Virus record (IMG/VR): IMGVR_UViG_3300044782_000021
Span: 1-64,000 of that record
Strand: one strand, 5' to 3'
Source: a virus
DNA: 64,000 bases
Shown here piece after piece: positions 39,253-48,150 of this stretch. A program made the translations under genes and the position numbers. The notes under the pieces are model-generated. The model saw only the letters and a list, made by a program, of their open reading frames with translations. It did no database searches and was not told the origin of the DNA. Numbering within the stretch: position 1 is the stretch's first letter; every line of letters starts with the position of its first letter.

Positions 39253-42200
39253 GAGGTCGAGGCGGATCTTCCGCGAAAAGGATCACCCGCGCGATGATCG
39301 TGGCCGGTTCGCCGAGAAGGCCGGCGGTCGGTGGCTGGGTCGCGTTGTGCGCCAGCATGAGGCCGGCTTCGGTGACACCAGCGCGGCACAGCCGGGCATG
39401 CGCTCCGGCCGGCTGGGCGGCGGCGTGCTCGACCTGGGCGCGATCAGCCGGGGCAACGCCGGGTTCAACCGGCCGACCGCGCAGCGGCGGGACACGCTGA
39501 GCGCGTCCGGGGTGGCCGGGTTCATGGCGCAGCCGACCAAGAAGGCGCTGACCGTGCCGAAGGTCACGGAGGCGGACATTCGCGAACGCCTCAGGGAGGC
39601 TGAGGACGCTGTAGCCATGCTCGATGGCGACAGCAACACTCGGGTATCTCGCGCCGCGCATGCGGAGCTGATCGAGGCCCGCCAGATGATGAAGGACGCC
39701 GGGTTTGAGCTGGCGCCCGCGCGGCGGCGGTTCGGCCGGGCTATCCCGGAGTCCGAAGCCAAGGCGCCGGAGTCGACCGGCTCGTTCCTGGAGCGGCAGG
39801 CCGCGAAGGTCGCGGCGGCGCGGGCCGCCGGCAAGGCGACCACACCAAAGAAGGCGGTCGCCGAGCGCCAGGGGCCGGACCTGCGCAACCTGATGCGGGA
39901 CAAAGGCATTGATCCGCCGCCGCTCCTGGACGCGAACCAGGAGCTTGACCGGGCCAACAACCGGCTGGCGCGCGGCGACGATCCGAACCTGGTGGCCCGG
40001 AAGCTCCGGGACGCGGCCGACAGCATTGAGCTGCGGGCCGACCAGGAAGGTGGCCCCGACGAAGACAGTGTCGAGCGTAACCAGGCGAAGCAGAGCGCCC
40101 GCTCACTGCGCCGGGCGGCCGGCACGCTTGACGGTGGTGAGGACACGAAGCTACCGGCGTTCATGGAGAAAGCCAACGCCGACATCGCGAAGAAGCTCGG
40201 TCAGACTCAGGTTGACACGTCCCGTGACACGGGGAAGACTGGAGGGGTGACTACCGATGCGGACAAGATGCTTGCCCTCGATCTTGCGGATATGCGCGAA
40301 CAGGCGCCCCACGCTGCCGATCAGCTTGCCAAGGCTCGCGAGGTACTGAAGAGGCAGAAAGCGCGAACCGTGGCGGCGTACGGAGCTGACCGCGACCGGT
40401 GGCCCTCAAACGCGGATCAGTCGATCAGGGTGGAGGAGAAGCGCGTAGCGGATGCCGAAGAGGCGGATCGCAGCGCTCGCGAATACCTCGCCGAACTGGA
40501 GGCTAAGGCCGGTCAGCGCGACAGCGGCGGCACGGTCATTCCCGAGCCAGTCAAGGCGATCCCCTCCACATGGCGGGTCGCACTCTCCAAGATTGACGCG
40601 TCCGAGGTCGGTAAGGGCCGAGGTCTGTCCCCGGGAGAGATCTCCGTACCGGTACGACAGAAGCTCTTCGCCGCCGGCCTCTACGAGGTCCGCAAGGACG
40701 GTACCGGCTACCTCGGACCCCGCGAATACCTGCACCTCACCCCCGCCGGCCACGACGCCCTTAAGGCTGCCGATGGCGAGAAGTACGACCGGCGGCGGGT
40801 CGACGTCGCCGCGAAGACGGAACGGGACGCGGCCAGGAAGGCGGCCGACACCGAGAAGGCCGCCGTCCAGCGGGCCGCCAGCGAGGAGCGTGGCCGGAAG
40901 GTCGAAGCGCAGGCCATCGCCGAGGGTCTTGACCCACTCGCCGCCCGCCTCGGTGGCATCGAGGCCGCCCGCAAGCAGCGTGACGACAAGGCCGCGCAGG
41001 CGGCGGCCGAGCAGGAGATCGTCCTTGGTCGTGGCATTCCCACGTATGTGCCTGGCCAGGGAGCCCGTAACGGCGAGAGCTACGGCGCTGCCCTTCAGCG
41101 AATCATCAAGTTGGGCAAGGAACTTCAGAAGGACGACTTCCCGATCGAGGAGGCCCGACCGGTTGTTTCCGTCCACGCGCGCAAATATGTGGACTCGATG
41201 CAGGCTGTTGACGCCGCGTACAACGACGTTTTCGCGGCTGAGCATCGCCGCGATTACCTGGCCACTATCGCCGGGATTGAGGGCGACTCCGCGTACGGGG
41301 TCAGGGTCAAGGCGGCTGACGACGCCGTTGACGCCGCCCGGGCCACGCTCGGCGAGCGGCTTGATGCCGCCGACGCGGCCCGGGTGGCGTTCGGCGACGC
41401 GGTCATCGGCTTGTACGCCGGCAAGGGCCGGAAGAAGTCGCTCGCCGCTCTTAAACTGCCGATCGTCATCGAGGGCACCAACCACAGGACCAGTCTCGCC
41501 GACCGGATCGCCGGCAAGGTGCCGGCGGACAGCGTCGGCCCTGAGGCGGACGCGGCGCGGCGCGCGGTGCTCGCCCGGCTGCGCGCCGAGGACCAGATCA
41601 AGATCGAGAAGCATGCGGCAGCGTTGCTCCGGGCGAAGGCGTATGGCGTCGAGCGGGACATCCCGCACCTTTCCGGCGACCCGGAGGCCCGCAGTGAGGC
41701 CCGCGCCAAGATGGGTGCACTGAACCGGCAGGGCGGCGAGGCCGAGGGGCGCGCTCGCGACCTGAGCGCCGGCCTGCGCAACATGACGATGACCGAAGAG
41801 AAGGCGCTCGCCGACCTGGCGGCCGTCAAGCCGACGTTCACGCCGCTGCGCGACCCGGACCGCAACAGCAAGGAGGGCCTCGCCCTGTCCCTGCGCTCCG
41901 TGCCGGGCAACAGCCTCGCCGCGACCGCCGCCGACCTGGAGAGCGGCGACATCGGCTACATGCAGGCCGCCGACAAGGTCAGCCAGTTCGGGCGGTCGCT
42001 CGGCGGCCGGACTATGTCCGAGCTGAACCGCACCGCCCTCGCCGAGCTTGAGAGCCGGCTCCGCGCGGCTGGCACCGCCGACCTCGCCCCGAAGGTGCCC
42101 ACGGTGGCTGCCGGGTCCAGCGAGGCCGCCTACGCCGGCATGAAGCGGTCTAGCCTCCTCGCGATCGCCCGGATGAAGGGAATCAACCCACGCGGCAAGG

Positions 42201-44545
42201 ACAACGGCGCCCTTGCGGGGGAGATTGCCGCCCACGACGCGGCACAAGGTGGCGTCAAGGAGGTTCCGGCCGTGGCCCCGGATTCCAAGCGGATCACCCG
42301 CGCGGAGTTCGATGTCCTGCCGGTCGAGCAGCGTGATAGGATCGTCGCCGAGCTACGCAAGATCATCGACACCAACGATCAGGTGTCGAAGACCATCCCG
42401 AGCAACCGCACTAGCATGGGGACCACGATCCGGACTACGGTCTCCGCGCCGTGGGTCGAGCAGGCCAAGGAGAAGCTGCGCGAGCTGACGTACACCGCAC
42501 CGCCGCCGGTCGACTACTCCGTGGGCGGCAAGGCGAGCCGGCTCAGCGCGGCGAGCAACGCCGGAGAGGCCCGGAGCATTCTCAGCGGGTCGACGATGGC
42601 GGATCTTGACGACATCGGTCGGTTGAGCGGGCTCGGGCGGGTGATGACGTCCTGGAAGCGTGACAAGGCCGTTGACTACCTGGTGAACCGGGCGGTCGCC
42701 GGGGACCGGATGCCGACCGACTACTCCACCGACAGCATTGCGGATGCGCTCCGGGGTGCCAGCGCCGAGCAGGCTCTTGCGGTGCTCGACGCGATCGAAA
42801 CTGACCGAGGTATCAGTAAGGCTGAGCTTCAGGCGGTTGCGACGAGCCTCGGTGTCGGAAAGCTGACCGGGGACAAGCGGGCGACGATGCACGCCTTGGC
42901 GGGGAAGGCGGGTGGTGCTGGCCCAAAAGCACCTGAGGCCCGAACCGACACGCCTCGCGACATCGGTGGCATGGTGGAGCTGCTGTCCTTCGGCATAGAC
43001 CGACCAAAGGACGGCTACGACGCGCACGGCGACACGCTCCGGCCTGGCGACATCGCGACTATCGGCTCCGACCGGCACAACCGCACCGACGAACAGGTTG
43101 AGGTGCTCGACGTCGGGATCGGTAAGCAGGGTGGTTCGGCGCTCGCCACAGTGCGATACGCCAACGGCGACCGGGAACAGATCCTCATGGGCAATCTGGT
43201 GCGAACCAAGCCGGTCGGGGTCCGCTACCTGGAGTCGCTCCGCGTCGAGCTTGCCGGCAACGAGCGGGCCGGCATGACGTTGCGTGGAAAGCCCTCCACA
43301 CTCGATGCGCTGCGCGAGGCGACAGGCAAGGGCATGAGCCACTACGCGGCTGCGGTGCTCAGGCGCGAGGCGGGCAGGCACAAGGGTCAGCCGCTCGCCG
43401 ATCGGCTCACGCAGGCGGCGGGCGATATCGAGAAGCTGATCTTCAGTACGAAAGATCCCGAGATCTTGCGGCGCGCGACGGGTGCCGACCCAAAAGCACC
43501 GGTTGACACCACAAGTGACAAGAGCCAGACTGGTGACATGACCCCCGTCGCAAAGACCATCAGTGTTCCTGTCGCGCTTTCCTCTCGTACCCGCAACTAC
43601 AACATTGAGGGACCGAGCAGGGCACAAGCGGTCAAGATGGCTACACTGCGTCAGCGTCACCTGACGGATGCGGAGACCGCTCGTCAGCGAGGTGACGATG
43701 ACGCCGCATTCTCGAAGGATGAGCAGGCGTTTGATCTTGAGACTGATCTGCGTCGGTTTGGGTTCAATGTCGATACGGGTAGGCCGGACCCCAAGGCCGC
43801 GAAGGATCAGCGGGAGAAGGATCGTTCGCGTCGCACGTTCGCGGATAGTCTTCGGGCCGGTGGTGGTGCCGGCCTAAAAGCACCTGAGGCCCGAACCGAC
43901 ACACGTAATCAGGTGGGTGCACGACCTCTCTCCGGCTTGCCTGCCGACCTGAAGGTCATCGGCGTCGGCGGCGTCGCCGAGGACAAGCGGGTCGCTGACA
44001 AGCCGGCACCGCCGACCGCCGAGGAGAAGGCAGCCGCCAAGACCGCCAAGGTTGAGGCTGAGCGTGCCGCCGCCAAGGTCCGCGACGAGGAGTGGACAAA
44101 GCGGCGGGTCGCTGAGATCAAGCGCCGGCTCGACGACGGCCAGACCGAAACCCTCGGCGGCGTCACCGACGCGGGGGTGCTCGCGCTGGCCCGGGAAGTC
44201 GGCGTGCCGATTCCGGCGCGCAAGGCGGACCGGGGCGGCCTGAAGGCGGCCATCATCGACAAGATCCGTAGCGGCGAGTCCGGCGGGCAGGACAGGTCGG
44301 CGGGGTCGGCCCATTGGACCGGCCTCGCCAACAAAGTCATGAACCTCGGCAGCCGCGAAGAAGCCGCAGCCGAGATGCGCGACCTGACCATTCCTGAGCT
44401 GCGCATGCTGGCCAACGCCATGCGTGAGGGCGGCGTCGCCATCGTGGGCGGCACCAGTAAGGCCGCTATCATCCGGGCGCTCGTCGAATACGCGGTTGGC
44501 CGGCGCCTCGATGCCGACGCGATCAGTCGTGTCGGCCTTCGGTAG
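39245..44545 (+). CDS. giant (1766 aa) coiled-coil protein with HPRD..GRF leader and multiple HeH (SAP/Rho-N-like) motifs
   Basis: The N-terminal 60 aa are paralogous to the 35113 gene (SRRIFREKDHPRDDRGRFAEKAGG). Long A/E/K/R-rich regions. HeH-like segments include RSSLLAIARMKGINPRGKDNGALAGEIAAH, GVLALAREVGVPIPARKADRGGLKAAIIDKI and TIPELRMLANAMREGGVAIVGGTSKAAIIRAL. Contains internal KAPEARTDT repeats. Confidence 0.8.
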   Translation: MAKRSRRIFREKDHPRDDRGRFAEKAGGRWLGRVVRQHEAGFGDTSAAQPGMRSGRLGGGVLDLGAISRGNAGFNRPTAQRRDTLSASGVAGFMAQPTKKALTVPKVTEADIRERLREAEDAVAMLDGDSNTRVSRAAHAELIEARQMMKDAGFELAPARRRFGRAIPESEAKAPESTGSFLERQAAKVAAARAAGKATTPKKAVAERQGPDLRNLMRDKGIDPPPLLDANQELDRANNRLARGDDPNLVARKLRDAADSIELRADQEGGPDEDSVERNQAKQSARSLRRAAGTLDGGEDTKLPAFMEKANADIAKKLGQTQVDTSRDTGKTGGVTTDADKMLALDLADMREQAPHAADQLAKAREVLKRQKARTVAAYGADRDRWPSNADQSIRVEEKRVADAEEADRSAREYLAELEAKAGQRDSGGTVIPEPVKAIPSTWRVALSKIDASEVGKGRGLSPGEISVPVRQKLFAAGLYEVRKDGTGYLGPREYLHLTPAGHDALKAADGEKYDRRRVDVAAKTERDAARKAADTEKAAVQRAASEERGRKVEAQAIAEGLDPLAARLGGIEAARKQRDDKAAQAAAEQEIVLGRGIPTYVPGQGARNGESYGAALQRIIKLGKELQKDDFPIEEARPVVSVHARKYVDSMQAVDAAYNDVFAAEHRRDYLATIAGIEGDSAYGVRVKAADDAVDAARATLGERLDAADAARVAFGDAVIGLYAGKGRKKSLAALKLPIVIEGTNHRTSLADRIAGKVPADSVGPEADAARRAVLARLRAEDQIKIEKHAAALLRAKAYGVERDIPHLSGDPEARSEARAKMGALNRQGGEAEGRARDLSAGLRNMTMTEEKALADLAAVKPTFTPLRDPDRNSKEGLALSLRSVPGNSLAATAADLESGDIGYMQAADKVSQFGRSLGGRTMSELNRTALAELESRLRAAGTADLAPKVPTVAAGSSEAAYAGMKRSSLLAIARMKGINPRGKDNGALAGEIAAHDAAQGGVKEVPAVAPDSKRITRAEFDVLPVEQRDRIVAELRKIIDTNDQVSKTIPSNRTSMGTTIRTTVSAPWVEQAKEKLRELTYTAPPPVDYSVGGKASRLSAASNAGEARSILSGSTMADLDDIGRLSGLGRVMTSWKRDKAVDYLVNRAVAGDRMPTDYSTDSIADALRGASAEQALAVLDAIETDRGISKAELQAVATSLGVGKLTGDKRATMHALAGKAGGAGPKAPEARTDTPRDIGGMVELLSFGIDRPKDGYDAHGDTLRPGDIATIGSDRHNRTDEQVEVLDVGIGKQGGSALATVRYANGDREQILMGNLVRTKPVGVRYLESLRVELAGNERAGMTLRGKPSTLDALREATGKGMSHYAAAVLRREAGRHKGQPLADRLTQAAGDIEKLIFSTKDPEILRRATGADPKAPVDTTSDKSQTGDMTPVAKTISVPVALSSRTRNYNIEGPSRAQAVKMATLRQRHLTDAETARQRGDDDAAFSKDEQAFDLETDLRRFGFNVDTGRPDPKAAKDQREKDRSRRTFADSLRAGGGAGLKAPEARTDTRNQVGARPLSGLPADLKVIGVGGVAEDKRVADKPAPPTAEEKAAAKTAKVEAERAAAKVRDEEWTKRRVAEIKRRLDDGQTETLGGVTDAGVLALAREVGVPIPARKADRGGLKAAIIDKIRSGESGGQDRSAGSAHWTGLANKVMNLGSREEAAAEMRDLTIPELRMLANAMREGGVAIVGGTSKAAIIRALVEYAVGRRLDADAISRVGLR
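40212..40240 (+). promoter_or_regulatory. promoter-family motif inside the giant gene (weak -10)
   Basis: TTGACA 40212-17; spacer CGTCCCGTGACACGGGG; AAGACT 40235-40; in-frame GTG 40247 is 7 nt downstream. Confidence 0.3.
42911..42951 (+). repeat. 41-bp direct repeat, copy 1 (pairs with 43862-43902)
   Basis: GGTGGTGCTGGCCCAAAAGCACCTGAGGCCCGAACCGACAC; 27-bp core identical, 2 mismatches overall; copies 951 bp apart (in frame); encodes GGAG.KAPEARTDT. Confidence 0.85.
43503..43531 (+). promoter_or_regulatory. full promoter-family motif inside the giant gene, leaderless configuration on an in-frame ATG
   Basis: TTGACA 43503-08; spacer CCACAAGTGACAAGAGC; CAGACT 43526-31; in-frame ATG 43538 is 7 nt downstream. 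Confidence 0.45.
43862..43902 (+). repeat. 41-bp direct repeat, copy 2
   Basis: GGTGGTGCCGGCCTAAAAGCACCTGAGGCCCGAACCGACAC. Confidence 0.85.
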
Positions 44546-44550
44546 TCACG

Positions 44551-45504
44551 GTGGATGAAGACGAGCTTGTCGACTATGAGCAGCAGGTTCGCCGCAGCGT
44601 CGCGGCGGACCTGCGCACCATCCTCGACCAGCTCCACGCCACCCTGACCGCCGTCTACGTCGTCACCGCCGGGTCGACCAGACACAAGCTCCCCCCGCAT
44701 GCTCAAGAGACCATCCGCCGGCACCTTCTTGACGCCCTCGACCGCATCCAGGCGGGTACCAGCTACGCGCGCACCCGCGCTACCCTGCGTGGTGCGGCCC
44801 GATCGGCGATCGCTGCCGGTGGCGAGGGTACCGGCCTCGGCGTGCCGATCGGGCCGACCACACCTCTCGACATCCGGGCCGCGCTGACCGCGCTCACCGC
44901 CGGCATGCGCGGCGACCTGCTCACCGCCGGCCGGCTGGCCCGCCATGGGCGCCTGGAGCGCTACGGGGACGTGGTCGGCGTCATCATGGCCGCCAGGAAG
45001 GCGCTCAACCGTGCCGAGCGGACAGCCGCGTGGACGGTGCACCGGGCGCACAACGAAGGGGTGCGCCGCGCCGTCGACAAAGCCTGGTCGCAGGGTGTCG
45101 ACGTGTCGCGGATGTGGCGGTCCGAAAGGTCGGCTTGCGTGCGCTGTGCCGGGTTCAATGGGGCGCTCGCGGCCGTTGGGGACGACTTCCTTCCGGTGGT
45201 CGATGTGGCCGACTTTTCCGGCGGGCACGGGCCGGCGGCCGGGCCGCCGCTGCATCCATGGTGCAAATGCTCCGAAGAGCCTTGGTTTGGGCCAGTTTCG
45301 GATGAAGAGCTGACGCCGCTCGACCTGCCGTACGCGCTGCGACGCGAGGCGCAGCGGGCGATCGCGACCGGGCAGGCGCAGGGCAGTGAGCCGGCGCGGC
45401 TGCGCGCGGCGGGGCGCCTGGTCGGCCTCGATGATCTGCTGATCCCGAAGACGGTGCGCAAGCGCGCGGCCGGCGCGGTCGCGGCGGGAACGTTCGATCG
45501 GTAA
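44551..45504 (+). CDS. MuF-like minor capsid / head morphogenesis protein
   Basis: 317 aa from GTG 44551; RTAAWTVHRAHNEGVRRA ... SACVRCAGFNG ... PPLHPWCKCS matches the Phage_Mu_F pattern (N.G ... C..C ... PP.HPNCRC). Confidence 0.75.
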   Translation: MDEDELVDYEQQVRRSVAADLRTILDQLHATLTAVYVVTAGSTRHKLPPHAQETIRRHLLDALDRIQAGTSYARTRATLRGAARSAIAAGGEGTGLGVPIGPTTPLDIRAALTALTAGMRGDLLTAGRLARHGRLERYGDVVGVIMAARKALNRAERTAAWTVHRAHNEGVRRAVDKAWSQGVDVSRMWRSERSACVRCAGFNGALAAVGDDFLPVVDVADFSGGHGPAAGPPLHPWCKCSEEPWFGPVSDEELTPLDLPYALRREAQRAIATGQAQGSEPARLRAAGRLVGLDDLLIPKTVRKRAAGAVAAGTFDR

Positions 45505-45507
45505 CGC

Positions 45508-45536
45508 TTGACACCTCAGGTGACAAGTATTAGGCT
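45508..45536 (+). promoter_or_regulatory. sigma-A-type promoter, conserved family
   Basis: -35 TTGACA 45508-13; spacer CCTCAGGTGACAAGTAT; -10 TAGGCT 45531-36. Confidence 0.65.
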
Positions 45537-45575
45537 CGACCTGCAAACAGTTGAGGACGAGCCAGGGGAGCACCG

Positions 45576-46115
45576 ATGACCACCACCGTCGAAGCGCCGG
45601 TCACCACCGTCGAGCCGAAGACCTGGACGATCGCCTACCGCAGGCGCACCGCCAACCGCTTTCAGCGGGTCACCAACTGGTCCGGCACCTGGGCTGAGGC
45701 GCGGGAGATGGCTGGTGCGTTCGGCGAGCTGTACCCCGATCTTCAGGTGTGGTACACCATGACCGCCGCTCATGAGCAGGCCGAGACCATCCGCCTCGCC
45801 GCCAAGGTCGCCAGCGGTGAATATGATCAGGAATTCGCTGACCGCTACCTCGAAGACCACCGGAACATCATGGTCGACTCCGGCAAGCGCATCGCCATCC
45901 GCGAGACCGGCAACCTTCCCGCCGAACTGCTCGACGCCGACGCCATGAAGGTCGCGGGCGAGATGCTCACCCCCACCGTGCCCGCGTTTTCGACCTGGAT
46001 CGCCTGTCTTGACTGGGCGGGCGACGTGCGCACCAATCACCCGGCCATCTTCGCCGACATGGTCCGGGACTCCCGCACCGCCGACGAGCGCTACTCCGCG
46101 AGCTGTACCCGATGA
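45576..46115 (+). CDS. hypothetical protein
   Basis: 179 aa; GGGGAG RBS; first gene after promoter 45508. Confidence 0.65.
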   Translation: MTTTVEAPVTTVEPKTWTIAYRRRTANRFQRVTNWSGTWAEAREMAGAFGELYPDLQVWYTMTAAHEQAETIRLAAKVASGEYDQEFADRYLEDHRNIMVDSGKRIAIRETGNLPAELLDADAMKVAGEMLTPTVPAFSTWIACLDWAGDVRTNHPAIFADMVRDSRTADERYSASCTR

Positions 46116-46255
46116 ACATCTACGACATGATCCGGGCGATGCCCGCCCGGATCATCGACTTCTCGACCACTCACCCGGCCGTGCTGGTTTTCGTCGCCGC
46201 CGGGCTCGTGTTCGCCGCCGCTGCCGCCCTGGTCCACCACCACGGAAGGAAATGA
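46112..46255 (+). CDS. small single-TM membrane protein
   Basis: 47 aa; ATGA overlap; PAVLVFVAAGLVFAAAAALV. Confidence 0.45.
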   Translation: MNIYDMIRAMPARIIDFSTTHPAVLVFVAAGLVFAAAAALVHHHGRK

Positions 46256-46257
46256 TC

Positions 46258-46596
46258 ATGTTCCCCTCTGCCGGTTCCATCATCTACCGCAACGAGGCGG
46301 GCGAACCCATCGGCTGGGACGCGCCCGGCGACCCGCACAACGACCCGCACAACGACCCGTATGACCCTGACGACTACCTGGCTCAGGACGACGAGGGAGA
46401 CGAGGAAGATGACGAGGACGGCACTGCCGCCGCCGTTGACGCTGGTCACACCGGACATCCGCCGACCTGGCCCAACTACATCGACAACCGCGAATGCTGG
46501 TACGTGCTGACCAGCCGGACCGAAACCCCGAACTGGCGCGACCGGCTGAGTTGCGGCAACCCGTTGCCGTGCTCGGACCACCCGGAAGTGAGGTAG
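46258..46596 (+). CDS. hypothetical acidic protein
   Basis: 112 aa from ATG 46258 (GGAAGGA RBS; alternative 46252) in frame of ORF 46009..46596. Confidence 0.55.
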   Translation: MFPSAGSIIYRNEAGEPIGWDAPGDPHNDPHNDPYDPDDYLAQDDEGDEEDDEDGTAAAVDAGHTGHPPTWPNYIDNRECWYVLTSRTETPNWRDRLSCGNPLPCSDHPEVR

Positions 46597-46601
46597 TGAC
46601 C

Positions 46602-46865
46602 ATGGAGCAATACACAATGGTCGTTGTCGGCTCCACCAAGTTCTACGGTGACGGCTGCTACGAAATGGCGGTCGAGACCGACAAAACCGCCGTCGAGTAC
46701 GCGGACGAATGGCTCACCAACAACTGGGACGACGAACCTCCGAACGTGGTCATTGAGATGTACGCCAACGTCGGGGGCGTCGAGCGGATCGTTTACTCGA
46801 CGAACAAGCAGCAAGCCGCCCTCGAAGACTTCCCCGACGGTCCCGACAACATCGGCGTCCGATAG
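46602..46865 (+). CDS. hypothetical protein
   Basis: 87 aa from ATG 46602 (GGAAGTGAGG RBS) in frame of ORF 46494..46865. Confidence 0.6.
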   Translation: MEQYTMVVVGSTKFYGDGCYEMAVETDKTAVEYADEWLTNNWDDEPPNVVIEMYANVGGVERIVYSTNKQQAALEDFPDGPDNIGVR

Positions 46866-46896
46866 GCTTACCCCACCCAGCAGGGTCATCGGGAAC

Positions 46897-46917
46897 GGCC
46901 CGCCCACAAGGCGGGCC
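46897..46917 (+). terminator. intrinsic terminator
   Basis: GGCCCGCC-CACAA-GGCGGGCC followed by TTCTTG. Confidence 0.7.
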
Positions 46918-47007
46918 TTCTTGCTGCCCAGCCCCCGGCAGTACGATCACCCCTAAGACGTGACGTCGCACAGCCCGTGACGGGCGCGCAAAGGGGAGGA
47001 AACGGTC

Positions 47008-48054
47008 GTGACGACCACACTAGTCAAGCCTGGGCGTATCGCCCTGTTCAGTGCATACACCCCCATTGGTTATACCTCGCACGGTCCGGTCTACCCGGTC
47101 GGCGGCGGCCGGTCCGGCGGCGGATTCGAGTTCATCGTCGGCGACGATGGCGGCGACGACCCCGAGTTCGACGACGAAGACCACGACGACGACGATGACG
47201 ACGATGACAATGACGCCGAGCTGCCCGCGTCGATGCGCGCCCGTAAGCCGGCGCCGCCCAAGAAGCGGACCCGCAGCGGACCCGCCGATCAGGACGACGA
47301 CAGTCAGGGCGATGCGGCCGAGGGGGACGACGGTTGGGCGCCACCCACGCAAGAGGCGTGGGAGAACATGGAAGCCGCGCTCGGAAAGGCCAACCGGGAA
47401 GCCGCCCGCCGCCGCCGCGTCGGAAAGGTGCTGGACCAGCTTCAGATTCCGCCCGGTCAGGAGATGGAATGGTTCCGTGAGCGCGGAATCGACCCGGACA
47501 CCGGCCGTCGCGTCCTGGCCGACGGCAACGACGATGACCTCCTCGCGGATGGACCTGACGAGGGTGAGCCCGACCAGGACGATGACGCGCAGGGCGACAA
47601 GCCCGGCGACAAGCAGAGCCGCTATACCAAAGCCGACGTCGAGCGCGCCGCGATCCGCGCCGAGAACCGTGCCACGCAGCGGTACGAGGGCCTGGCGATG
47701 GAGCTGGCCGCCGAGAATGCCATCCGGGCCGCCGGCTGGAACGGCACCAAGATTGAAACCGCGTTGAGGTTTGTCGATGCCCGTGAAATTGAGGTGACCT
47801 TCGATGACGAGGGCCGCGCCGTATTCCTCGGGCTTGACGAGCAGGTCGACGACATGAAAGCCGAGTTCCCCGACTGGTTCCGGGTCAAGAAGACCGCCGC
47901 CACGTCCGGTGGCCAGTCGGCCGTCCGGCGCCGCACCGGCAGCAACGGCGCCTCCGCCGTGGACGGCGGGGACCGTGGTCGCAGCACGCCGGCACCGGTC
48001 GGCTGGCTACAGCAGGCGAGTCAGCAGATTGACGGGCGCACCCGGCGCCGTTGA
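47008..48054 (+). CDS. capsid scaffolding protein (putative)
   Basis: 348 aa from GTG 47008 (AAAGGGGAGGAAA RBS); extremely acidic poly-D/E tracts plus helical region; immediately upstream of the major capsid gene. Confidence 0.65.
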   Translation: MTTTLVKPGRIALFSAYTPIGYTSHGPVYPVGGGRSGGGFEFIVGDDGGDDPEFDDEDHDDDDDDDDNDAELPASMRARKPAPPKKRTRSGPADQDDDSQGDAAEGDDGWAPPTQEAWENMEAALGKANREAARRRRVGKVLDQLQIPPGQEMEWFRERGIDPDTGRRVLADGNDDDLLADGPDEGEPDQDDDAQGDKPGDKQSRYTKADVERAAIRAENRATQRYEGLAMELAAENAIRAAGWNGTKIETALRFVDAREIEVTFDDEGRAVFLGLDEQVDDMKAEFPDWFRVKKTAATSGGQSAVRRRTGSNGASAVDGGDRGRSTPAPVGWLQQASQQIDGRTRRR

Positions 48055-48109
48055 CCTGATGCTGGACCTCTGACCCTTCCTTTCGCTCTCGCCTCACCCC
48101 TCATCGCCG

Positions 48110-48150
48110 AGAACCGTCGACCTCGCTCCACGCCTGAGGTCGACGGTTCT
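48110..48150 (+). terminator. 15-bp stem-loop after the scaffold gene
   Basis: AGAACCGTCGACCTC / GAGGTCGACGGTTCT with 11-nt loop. Confidence 0.5.

Noticed and set aside
40406-42247. 613-aa minus-strand ORF. Similar long minus ORFs include 43909..45573, 42353..43660, 35677..36579, 36686..37714, 33245..34198, 55090..56274 and 3081..4166.
   Set aside because: All lie antisense to strong + strand genes, are R/G/P/A-rich low-complexity frames and lack RBS or overlap logic. They are typical shadow ORFs of high-GC DNA.
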